Shown here piece by piece: positions 51,819 to 64,000 of a DNA stretch of 64,000 nt; position 1 is the first letter of the stretch, and each line of letters opens with the position of its first letter. Made by a program: the position numbers and the translations under genes. Origin of the DNA: the human T2T-CHM13v2.0 reference genome, Homo sapiens; the NCBI RefSeq assembly GCF_009914755.1, contig NC_060926.1; one strand, given 5' to 3'. The notes under the pieces are model-generated. The model worked only from the letters and a program-made list of their open reading frames with translations. It ran no database searches and was not told the DNA's origin.

Positions 51819-52777
51819 ATTTTAGCTGTTACCACAACACCCATCACCATTGCTGGCACATGGTAGGCAATCAATAATAATTTTTTTTCAAATTAATAAA
51901 TGAAAACTATTAGGAAAGAAGTAAAAAAATAACATAGCTATAAAGCTCTTTGAATGTTAGGTTATTGGGAAAAGCTGTGGAAAGCCAAGGATTTTCTTTC
52001 TCAAATTTATTTTTAGAATATTTTTTTCTACACAAAAGACCACAGATAAGGCAGAGAAAGATAAGAAAAAGACCACAAGCCCAAGGACTTGGAATTTGAA
52101 TCATAAAGGTTCATTCTAGACTTGGGCAATATCTAGAACTTCTAGAACAATCAGTTTTCTAGAACATAGAAAAGATATTACCTTGGTGTTAGCTTTAACT
52201 CCTGCCAAATAATGCTTTAAATTATTTAAACTTTAAAAAGGTGTGTCAATGTATACATTGCAGGTAAATTCATGTTCCAGTAACTTTTGTTTTCTTTGTA
52301 TGTTAAAAATCTAACTGTGGAAAACATTCTAGCTTGGTTTGAGAGTCCAATAATACAAAATGCTTTATTTCCTAAAATTGTTTGAGAGAAAACCAAAATG
52401 CTACCACACTGCAACAAAATACTAAAGAATTATTTGCTATGTCAGTTGACATATTTTTATTTAGATTTTGCCTAAGATGCCACATGAAGCCTATATAAGA
52501 CATTCTTTCCCTAAAACTTACATATGTATGTACATATATATATATAATGTTTTACATCCTAAACAGTCTACTTCACGTCTTCACCAAATGTGCAGCAGCG
52601 TGATTCACAGGTTCACCACTGGAAAATAGACCTTAAAATTCCGCCAATATTGGGTCAAAGATCTTACACTATAACACATACTACACTGTGGGCACGGATC
52701 AACAGACGAGAATACTTTATACAGAAGCTTCTCGACGGAAGAAGGCCTTGGAGTGGGAAATCTAAAGGAGGGGACAC

Positions 52778-52877
52778 ACTACATGTCCCAGCACACCTTG
52801 CGACGCCCAGCTACCACAATTCCCAGAACGCACTGCTCGTCGCACGCAGGTTTTCCTTGTTGCCGGGGTTTGTAGTT
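52778..52877. promoter_or_regulatory. Cluster of ZNF143/THAP11 SBS-type motifs (ACTACAnnTCCCA)
   Basis: ACTACATGTCCCAGCACACCTTGCG (52778-52802), ACCACAATTCCCAGAACGCACTGC (52813-52836), reverse-strand AACTACAAACCCCGGCA (52861-52877); a weaker CTACAATTCC at 53053. Confidence 0.75.
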
Positions 52878-52879
52878 CT

Positions 52880-53036
52880 TCTCGATCGTGTCAGTTTGTA
52901 AGGCGAGGGCGGAAGTTGGATTCCTGGCCTGAGAATATTAGGCGTAGTTTTCCAGTTTTTGGCAAAGCGGAAATACTTAAGGCCCCTGGGTTGACTGGGT
53001 TCTTTGTTTTATCTACCGGCTTCTGCTTTACGACAG
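52880..53036 (+). other. DYNC1I2: Non-coding first exon 1a of DYNC1I2 (start approximate)
   Basis: Perfect donor CAG|GTAAGT at 53036/53037; no ATG in the exon; lies just downstream of the SBS cluster. Confidence 0.75.
52909..52916 (+). promoter_or_regulatory. ETS/GABPA-type motif GCGGAAGT
   Basis: CGGAAGT core in the CpG island; related cores GCGGAAAT (~52967) and CTTCCGG (~53520). Confidence 0.55.
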
Positions 53037-53139
53037 GTAAGTCACGGAGGGGCTACAATTCCTCGCAGCAGGGCCCCACCTTTTATTTCTGGGAGCGACC
53101 TCGTTCTGGTGAGGCTATTTGTCCCTAAGCTCTCGCCGT

Positions 53140-53282
53140 AGCAGCCGCCGCCCATCCCTCTTTGTGTGCTTTGGAAAGCCGCGGAGCTGGTGGTGGCTAC
53201 AGTTGGTGTTGGGGGCTTAGGCGAGGGACGTTACCGGGAAGTTGCAGGCGGGAGGACTCTTCCCCATCCAGTCACCTGACAG
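53140..53282 (+). other. DYNC1I2: Alternative non-coding first exon 1b of DYNC1I2 (start approximate)
   Basis: Donor CAG|GTGGGT at 53282/53283 inside the CpG island; no ATG in the exon. Confidence 0.7.
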
Positions 53283-55134
53283 GTGGGTTGACTGTTCTTC
53301 CCTCAAGGCCTCCCTGCCTGTGTTCCACGTCGCAACTCGAAGGGCGGCTTGGCAGTTCCTGCTGACATCCCCGCCCGGCCCGGCTTTGGGGAGGAAAGGC
53401 GGGGAGACCTGGGTGCGGTGACTCATTGCGGCCCGGCGAGAGGAGTCCACTCCTTTCCCTTCTCGACCCTCCAGAGGCGGCCTGGGGAGCCTTGAGGCTT
53501 GTCCGGCGCCCACTGGCTTCTTCCGGACGCCCTGCCGTGGACCGCGCCCTCTTGGCCGTGACCCCAGGGGAGAAAGTGATTCGTTTTCGCCTTGCCCCAT
53601 TTTACAAATTAAGGCCATCTCTACTTGCCTTGATAGTGTCTCCCCTCACCTTATGTGTGATGGAAAGCCCCCGAACACGGAGGTTCTAGCACAAAACTCT
53701 AGAGACTCTCTTCTCTTGAGTTTTAAGAACGTGAACATGTCGGTCATGGAGGAAGGCTCTGGCTTCTGTGAGGATGAGAGGATTGGTCAGCTGTAGTTCA
53801 GCTGGTCAAGACTTTGTTGTTGGGCTTTAAAAATGCGCTTATTTTAATATCAATTAGTGTTGGTATATCTGTTTTACAGTTGACGTTGAACAAAATATAA
53901 TGTGCCTAGCGTAGCATACAGTTACGTATGGAAGTTCTCTTCACCAGCCGTTTGTATGGAGCTGTTTAGAGGTGTAGAAAGAGTGGAATAAGAAACACGG
54001 TCTCTTGCTTTTAGTTTGTTCAAACAAATCTTGGAAGATATTGTGTATATATTTCAGGTCTGCTATGTCAACTTTTCATCCTTTTCGTATGCTTGAAAAT
54101 TATCAATTCGCTTGCCAGTCTTAATGGAGTTTAGTAGCTGAAATTTCCTTTATCCACTTCTTAGTAGGTGAATTTCTCCTCTTGACTGACTTACCTTTGT
54201 TCAGATTTAACAATTGTGCTTTTTAAGAGATTTCCCCTAACCTCTGGAAATACAGTTTTCCAGAGGTTATTCTCCTAGTTTTCTTGATCTAAAGCATTTA
54301 ATACTTCACTTGTACAGAGACATTGAAAGAGATTGATCATTAGGCAATAAGTCAATCATGTGGAGAAGGTAAGGAGTTCCTGGCTCCTGCCTTATGCTCA
54401 GCTGCTAGGCTACTTAAAAAAAAAAAATCCTAATTCATTATTTCTTCCTAAAACTCAAGCTGAAGTAGTGTTTATGCAATTGGTTTTTGAAGCTCAGATT
54501 GTAATTGTGTCTACCGTATCCATTATTCATTAGCCAGTGTCAATTGTAATGTTAAGGTCATTCTGCTGGATGTTGTGAAGGCAACAAAAATAACTAAAAA
54601 ACAGTCCCTGATTTCAAGTACATTACAATCTAATAGGGAACATTTCAGGTATGTCCACAAATAATTGTACTAAAAGTGCCATCAGAGGTATACGTAAGGT
54701 GTTATTGTGGAGAAATACAGTCATATGATTTGATAGCTAATGATGGTAACTCCTGCGTTTTGCTTTAGTATTACTACAGCACTTTTAGAACTTACAGGAA
54801 AGTTCAGTTTGACCTATTGTTTTTTATCAAGTTTCTATGAATGCAATAGAATTGGTAATAGTTTTGATCTGTGTCATATAGCTTAAGAGCTTCTAAATGC
54901 CAAACCATGTCCTCTGTTTTAAGAGCCAGTTTTGACCTTTATCTTGGGTACCTAATATATTGTCATCAAAAACTTTGAGACATTGTGTTCAGTTTGTGTA
55001 TGCGAACATTAAAGTGCTTACTATGGGCTAGCTACTATGCTCAGCTCTAGGTAATATTTATTATATATATTTGTTTATACATTTTTTAAGTCTTAGTAAT
55101 AATATATATGCTTCCTTTATTTTATCTTTTAAAA

Positions 55135-55413
55135 GTTTATTTTTTAGAGACGCTCTGTTGCCCAAGCTGGAGTGCAGTGGCATGATCACGGCTCACTGCA
55201 GCCTTGACTTCCTGGGCTCCAGCAATCCTTCCAAGTAGTTGGGACTACAGGCACATGCCACCATGCCGCCTAATTTTTTATTTTTCTTGCCTTTTTTTTT
55301 TTTTTTTTTTTTTTGTAGAGATGGGGTCTTGCTTTGTTGCCCAGGCTGGTCTCAAACTCATGGCCTGAAGCAGTTCTCCCACTTTAGCCTCCCAAAGTAA
55401 GCTACTGCCCAGC
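55135..55413 (-). mobile_element. AluJ-like in intron 1 with expanded internal T tract
   Basis: Diverged body with small deletions; long T run at ~55292-55314. Confidence 0.88.
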
Positions 55414-55525
55414 CCCATTATTTTAAAAGTAAGGTTTTTGTGCTTTTTTGAGATAGCATTGAACTATATGGCCTTTCGGGACAGTTCTCTTCTTGGAACA
55501 CTAGTTTTTTCAACTGTGCTGCTTT

Positions 55526-55537
55526 TACTAACATAAT
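55526..55537 (+). promoter_or_regulatory. Consensus branch point TACTAAC with adjacent TAAT (SF1/QKI-type element) before exon 2
   Basis: TACTAAC at 55526-55532, branch A ~24 nt upstream of the exon 2 start. Confidence 0.7.
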
Positions 55538-55539
55538 GA

Positions 55540-55695
<156 letters not shown>

Positions 55696-55747
55696 TAAAC
55701 AACATAAAGTAATTGGGTTTTATTTCACATATTTATATATTTACATA

Positions 55748-55817
55748 TAGGTTGGTGCAAAAGTAATCGTGGTTAAAAGTAATGGCAAAAATTATGATTG
55801 CTTTTGCACAAACCTAA
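55748..55817. mobile_element. MADE1 (Hsmar1-derived MITE)
   Basis: TAGGTTGGTGCAAAAGTAAT...ATTGCTTTTGCACAAACCTAA terminal inverted repeats. Confidence 0.9.
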
Positions 55818-56044
55818 TAATTTCAGGATAGTTAAAAATCTAGCAGTTCTGACTGCAGACATAACACTGTAAGTGAATCTTACTTTAAAGAAGCAAGATA
55901 TGTGAAAATGACAAAACTGATAAAATATGATTTTTAAAAACAATTTCGTATAGATTGATGCATTTCTAAAATTTGATTTATTAAAGTTCAATTTACAATT
56001 TAGTCTCCTAGGAATATATTTATTATAAAGTAAGGCGCATCTGT

Positions 56045-56362
56045 ATTTTTTTTTGTTTTGGGTTTTTTTTTTTTTTTTTGAGACTGGGTCTCACTGTGTC
56101 ACTCGGACTGGAGTGCAGTGGTTTGAGCACAACTCACTGCAGCCTCAACCTCCCCTGACTCAGGTGATCCTTCCACTTCAGCCTCTGGAGTAGCTGGGCC
56201 TACAGGCACATGTCACTATGCTAGGCTAATTTTTGTATTTTTTTGTAGAGACGAGGTTTTGCCATGTTACCCAGGCTGGTCTCGAACTCCTGAACTCAAA
56301 CAGTCCTCCTGCCTAGGCTTCCCGAAGTGTTGGGATTACAGGCACGAGCCACCACACTCAGT
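56045..56362 (-). mobile_element. AluJ-like in intron 2
   Basis: T tail and full diverged body. Confidence 0.9.
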
Positions 56363-58184
56363 CAAGATGTCTATATTATAATAACTCATAAATATGGTGT
56401 ATATATATCATAACTTAGTTTGGACTTTGAATTTATCTGAATATTTTGCTAGTCTGAATTGCTAATTTGTCAGAATGGATAATATTAATGGCAAATAAAA
56501 TATATGTAATAGATGATTTAATTGACTAAGGGATTTGTTCTTATCTCTTATGAGTTAGTCATTGAAATATTTTTACTGAGTAGTAGGTTTGATGGTACCA
56601 TAAAGGTGGACCAGGTACTTCTTTTGATTTTTTGTATCAAAAATATGCATCACATTATATACAGCAAATGTACATTGGCCCTGAGCTGGAGACATTTTAC
56701 TTGTTCATGCATTGAAATATACTTTTATCCCTATGGAAACTCTTTAGACATATCAGTGTACTTTTACTACAGATATGTTTTAAATACCTAGTGTAAGGTA
56801 GTTTTTCTTGTGTGTCTTTAGGACCAAGTTTTTATATGTGGTAGCCTAAATAATGGCCAAGACTGCCAGAAATCTCTTGGGGACTAAGAGAAAAATAAGT
56901 AGTAGAAAAGTTGAAGGTACAATTTATGTGCAGCATTACTATGATGCTGTAAAGGCCTGTAATTGAAGAATTTGCTAGTTTATTCTGAACCTTTCTGTGA
57001 GACATTATAAGAGGATTGGAGCTTTACATTAGCTATTAGATTAAAAGCTGACTGGTAGAAGCATGATTCAGGTTGGCAGAGCTATTCCAAAATAATATTT
57101 ATATCCCTAAACATTTCCGTGCTGAGAGCAAATTTCATTTTTGTTTTCTAATGATGGCCATAACTGGCAAAAATGGGTTCTAAGGGATATCTATTGCATG
57201 ATTTATACCTAATTTAAAGCTTGTAAAACTTATTGAGTCACACAGACCAATGGGAAAAAACAAAGTTTATAAAAATGTTACAAGAGATAATACAATGGTA
57301 TTAAACTGTGAGTCTATTAATATATTTTTATCAACAGTGAAGCATCAGCTTGATATTACAACCTGTTTTGTTATTTTGATTAATTTTTCTGATGACTTTT
57401 AAGTCAAAATGGCATAGAATATTATGGCTAACAAAATTCACTCCAGACAGTGTCTGAGTAATAGTTGTCTAGGTGGCATAGGGATTTGAGATTTACATAA
57501 AAAAAACTTTTCCTTGGAAAGCTTACATTTTACTTGAGAAGTCTTGGATGATCTGAGAGTATTGAGGTTTATCTAGTTTAACCAGCAGATTGTGCTAAAA
57601 CGATAAATAGCCGAGATAAAAGCTGACAAAAATTTTCATAACAAAATGTTTTGTGCTATGCAAAAGTGAGTTTAATTTTACAAAACACAATCCCAAATAA
57701 AATGAAGACTTTATACAGAAGTTTGTGATACTCTTTTTCAACAAATCATATTGTCATTCACTTAAAATTTGTTACCTCTTAAATAATTACACTTTAATTT
57801 TTTCATTGTATGTGATATTGTATCTAACCTTTTGTGCCACTTGGGGGAAGTTGTCTATTATTCCTGACCATAGACAGCAATTTCATACTGTAGATAATTC
57901 GAAGTTGACTGTACTTCTTGAATTTGTCTGTTAGGAAAATTTTTGTGGAAACTCCTTGATTACATATGAAGATAGAGCAGTTTAGTACATATCATTTGAA
58001 GGTTATTTACTAGAACTCTATTGAGAATGATTTTCATTTAATGACTATAAAAAGAACTTAACCTGTACTCAAAACTAAGTTCATGCCTTAAAAGTATACA
58101 GTGTTAGCATATTATTTAAAACATTTTTGCAAACAAATTTTTCATGCTATATGTAAACATAAGTTTTTAACCTAAACATTTTAG

Positions 58185-58334
<150 letters not shown>

Positions 58335-59407
58335 TAGGCATAGATTCTGTTCAGCTCAGACATAGCTGAGTGGATTGACTTGATATATTTTACATATTTT
58401 CCTTGTGTCTCTAAAATTATTAATCTTTTATTTGGAATTGTCTTTTTTTCAGATATGCTAGTACATGGTTATTTTATTTGTTCAAAAGAGCTGCAAGAGT
58501 AATTATTAACATATACTGAACTACCAAATGACTTCTCTTATTAAATCAGTAATTTATTTCAACAAACATTGGTTAAGCAAGTTTTATGTGCCATACTGTG
58601 TTAAGCTCAAAGATAACTAGGATTCCTGATCTGAACTCTATATTCCTTTCTGGAGATTAGCGAGAGATACAATCAGACTTATATTGTTAGAATGCAAAAT
58701 ATATTAGTATTCAAAGGTACAGGAGTGGAAGGATAAGCTTATAGCCTTCTGCTGTTAATGCTAATAAGGGAGATAATTTTGTGGCTTATTTTCGAAGTGA
58801 TTTGACTTAATCTTATTATTTTTCTGGGTTATTCATTTTGATAACTGTACTAGACCAAAAAAGCTGAAATAGTAGAGGTACACAGGACAATCTAGTTACA
58901 TATCAGGAACAAATGCTTACTTAAAATAGTTCTGTGCTGGGTGCTATTATGTAGTATTTTAGTTTAACATGGCCTTTATCCTTTAGAGACCTAACATTTT
59001 AGGGCTAGTTGGTGGGCTAATTTTATCTAGTCCAGGGGACAAATACTGGAGATTGTAAATGCTCTATGCTTGTTGTGAAACTGCAACATAACTGTCCTTA
59101 GAGCTGATATTTCTAAAAGGTTTCAAGATGAAAAGGCTGGCTACTCTCATGGTCAGCTTCATTGTTATTTCTTTCAGCTCATTTTCCTTTTCTTGTAGAA
59201 TTTGAAGACTGAAGTATATTAATTTTATGTATTTATTCAATAAGCTTATGTTGAACATGCAATTTTAAAAGTAAATGAATCAGAACACTTAATTTCTTGT
59301 AACTAAACCAAGTTGCTTGTTAGCCTTTGTTTGAGTTACCTTTTTTTTCTGTGCTTTGGCTTTTGTTTTTCTCCTATAGGATTTTTTTTCTTTTATGTTC
59401 TTCTTAA

Positions 59408-59700
<293 letters not shown>

Positions 59701-59719
59701 GTTCATATTTCTTAATTTA

Positions 59720-60362
<643 letters not shown>

Positions 60363-60485
60363 ATGGCCCATCTCCATCATTAATTCTTGAAAGACCATTC
60401 TTTAGGGTTTGTGTATGTGTCCCTCATTTCTCATCTCTAATTCCATTCTCATTCCCACTAATGCATTAAGTGACCACTTTTGCAG

Positions 60486-60807
<322 letters not shown>

Positions 60808-61646
60808 ACTTTTGAATTTTTAACATACATCCTTCAGATTATCCTCTGTTTTTCAAGGTTTCACATATCTCTGTGTATATATACTTTATATATATAAACG
60901 GCATAGTGCTGTATGTCTTTTGTTTATTCCATGTTGCTATATACGTATTTAGTCATTTATTTCTAATATATAATATCCTATTATGTACCACATTTTACTT
61001 ATCCATTCCCCCAGTGCTATGCACTCAGTTTCCTTTTGTCTCTTTGCTTTACTATCATAAGCAACACTGCAAAAAATATGTGTTTTTTCCCTTGAGGACT
61101 GTGGAATACTTTCTCTGGGGTGTATCCCCAAGAATTTACTTGCTATGTTATTGTATATAAGACTTAGCTTAATTAGGTTCTGCGTGTCACTCTCCAGAAT
61201 GGCTACAAAGTTTACCCGCCCGCTACCAGTGCATGAAAAAGTAACTGCTTTACCATATTCACATGATGACTGGATATTATCCAGCTTTCTAATTTTTGCT
61301 AACTTGATGAGTATAAAGTGGTACACCAAAATGTTTTAATATACATTTATCTGATTACAGTGAGGTTGACCACCTCTTTATATATCTTTTAACCATTCAA
61401 GTTTTCCCTTCTGTGAACTGCATATTCATGTCCTTCTCCCCATTTACTACGATTGAGGTTCTTTATCTTCTGATGTATAGGCATTCTTTGTGTATTTTGT
61501 ATATTTTAGGGAGGACTTTTGTCTGTTTTAGTCTTTTTAAAAACCCTTCTAATCTGTTAACTGCTTATAATATTCTTCATTGAACAGAATCCTCTATTTT
61601 GATATGATCAAATCCTTCATTTTGATATGATCAAATCTAGCAATTA

Positions 61647-61872
61647 CAGGCTAAGTATTCCTAATCCAAAAATTCAGCATTCAAAATGCCCCAAAATCTG
61701 AAACACTTTAAGCACCAACATGACACTCAAAAGAAATACTGATTAGAGAATTTCAGATTTCAGATTTTTAAGTTAGGATACTGAACTGCTAGGTATAATG
61801 CAAATAGTCAAAAATCCAAAATAATCTGTCACCTTTGGTCCCAAACATTTTGGGTAAGGGATACTCAACCTG
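61647..61872. mobile_element. Tigger4/MER46-type DNA transposon within a decayed L1M
   Basis: TA-CAGGCTAAGTATTCCT...AGGGATACTCAACCTG-TA: inverted termini with TA duplication. Confidence 0.8.
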
Positions 61873-62399
61873 TATAACCCTTTTTTGTGTGCTTTTGGTC
61901 TTTTTTAAAAAGAAATTGTTTCCTACATTGTGGATGCAAATATATTCTTCTATGTTTTTCCTATTAATTTTATAGTTTTACCCTTCACATGTAGATATTT
62001 GGGTTATATTTTTAAAAATAGTATGAGGTAGGGATCCAACCTAATTTTTCTCTATATAGGTAGCTAATTTTCTCAGTGCCATTTGTTAGTCTATCTTTTC
62101 CCCCACTGAAGTCCGATGCCAACTTTGTCATACAGTAAATTCCCATATATTTATGGGCATTTCTGGGCTCTCTATTTTCACTATGAATCTATTTGTTTGG
62201 TTCTACACAACCCAGTTTTAATTACTGCACCTTTGTATTATATTCTAATTTCTGATACAGAAAATCACCCCCTTTGTTCCTTTTACAAAATAGTCCTAGG
62301 TTCACAAACATTTTTCTTTCCTCAAGAAATTTAGTTTGTTTCCCTCCAAAGTGTTGCTGTACCATACATACATTGCATTGCTATATGTTTTTATTTTTC

Positions 62400-62725
62400 T
62401 TAATTATTATTATTATTATTATTTTTGAGACAAGGTCTTGCTCTGTCACCTCGGCTGGAATGCAGTGGTGCAACCATGGCTTGTTATAGCCTCAACCTCC
62501 CAGGCTCAAGCGATCCTCTCACCTCAGCCTCCCAAGTAGCTGGGAACATAGGTGCACACCACCATGCCCAACTAATTTTTTTGTTTTGTTTTTGTTTTTG
62601 TTTTTTTTTATAGAGATGGGGTCTCACTATGTTGCCAGGGCTGGCTTTGAACTCCTGGGCTCAAAGCGATCCTCCTGCCTTGGCCTCCCAAGGTGCTGGG
62701 ATTACAGGCATGAGCCACTACACCC
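62400..62725 (-). mobile_element. AluJ-like
   Basis: (TTA)n tail and diverged body. Confidence 0.9.
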
Positions 62726-62936
62726 TTCCTAATTTTTAAAAATCTTGAATATTCTCCACACACATACTACTTTTTGCCTCATGATATCTACTTGTTGAAG
62801 AGGGTGGGCCAATTGGTTTGTAGACTGTCTCCCCTCCTGGGTTTGTCTGATGGCATTCTCACATTTAGCTTTTATCCCTTATATTTCCTTTAAACTAGAA
62901 GTTAGATTTAAAAGCTCAATTTTGATCTAATTCGAA

Positions 62937-63286
62937 CTGTGCGTGGTGGTTCACACCTGTCATCCCATTACTTTGGGATATGAGAGAGAAAGGAAGAACG
63001 AAGAAAGATATTTGGGAGGCTGAGGTAGGTGGATCACTTGAGCCCAGGAGTTCAAGACCAGCGTGGGCAACATGGCAAGACCCTGTCTCTACAAAAAAAA
63101 AAAAAGAAAAACAAAATTAGCCAGGCATGATAGCAGGCACCTGTAGTCCTAGCTACTGTGGAGGTTGAGGTGGGAGGATCAATTGAGTTTGCAAGGTCAA
63201 GGTGCTGGCCATGATCGCACTACTGAACTCTAGCCTGAGCGACACAGCAAGACCCTATCTCAAGAAAAGAAAAGAAAAGAAAAGAA
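62937..63286 (+). mobile_element. AluJ-like with a 32-bp internal insertion
   Basis: Alu body with (GAAAA)n tail. Confidence 0.88.
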
Positions 63287-63750
63287 GCTTGATTCACTTT
63301 AGGCTGAACTTTTTTGGCAAGAAAATCTCATAAGTGATGTTGTGTCCTTCATATTGTATCATATTAGTAGCACATCTCTGGCTATTGAGCAATGCTAAGC
63401 TTGATTATTGGGTTACAATTGTGATAACCTGATCTCTCCATCATAATTAGCCCCTTGTGACTAATAGGTAATATCTGAGGGTGATACTTGGGCACTATGT
63501 GACTATTAATTTCTTTATCAGCCTTTTATCTGATGGTGTTAATACTCATCGATGATCCTCATCTAAGTTATTTAATTAAGAGTTGCAGCATTGTTTTTGT
63601 AATTCTGCCATTCTTTCTGCATTTATTGGCTAAAGCTCTTCTGTAAAGGGGAGCTTTCTCTCAATAACTAGGGGTTTTGGTTACCCTAAATGTTAGAAAA
63701 GCAGGAGACATGTTTACTTTTTTGCTTTAATTACTCATAGTCACCTCTAG

Positions 63751-64000
<250 letters not shown>

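Larger units (their letters stand above)
52700..53700 (+). promoter_or_regulatory. DYNC1I2: CpG-island promoter of DYNC1I2
   Basis: Only non-repeat CpG/GC-rich stretch in the window, 2-3 kb upstream of the ATG exon; contains SBS-like and ETS motifs and two strong splice donors. Confidence 0.92.

Noticed and set aside
52132-52165. Three TCTAGAAC copies as a heat-shock element
   Set aside because: Spacing does not give three contiguous alternating nGAAn units.
52590-53689. ORFs across the CpG island
   Set aside because: Expected from stop-poor GC-rich DNA; they cross splice donors, and the real start is at 55564.
59199-59213. Possible 15-nt microexon in intron 3 (tcttgtag|AATTTGAAGACTGAA|gtatat)
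   Set aside because: Good acceptor but weak donor, and it would put TGA in frame; unsupported without junction reads.

Overview
Primate (almost certainly human) genomic DNA, not prokaryotic. About 52.7 kb of repeat-rich intergenic sequence is followed by the 5' end of DYNC1I2 (cytoplasmic dynein 1 intermediate chain 2) on the + strand. That part comprises a CpG-island promoter with clustered ZNF143/SBS-type and ETS motifs, two alternative non-coding first exons (donors after 53036 and 53282), coding exon 2 (ATG at 55564) and coding exon 3 (58185-58302); intron 3 runs off the window. The upstream part is dominated by a nested stack: an old near-full-length L1MA-type element (~4.4-18.5 kb, minus) split by a full-length but ORF-dead L1PA4-6-type element (6667-12796, minus) and several Alus. 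The rest is Alus, MaLR/ERVL LTRs, L1/L2 fragments, DNA-transposon remnants, microsatellites and a few repeat-poor candidate enhancers. Almost all ORFs in the supplied track are repeat-derived or chance ORFs. I see no demonstrable new biological system. The best testable hypotheses are an L1 antisense-promoter/ORF0-frame exon that would splice in frame onto DYNC1I2, and a possible exon 2-3 circRNA encoding the dynein IC N-terminus. Repeat subfamily names are by eye from remembered consensus and need RepeatMasker/Dfam confirmation.
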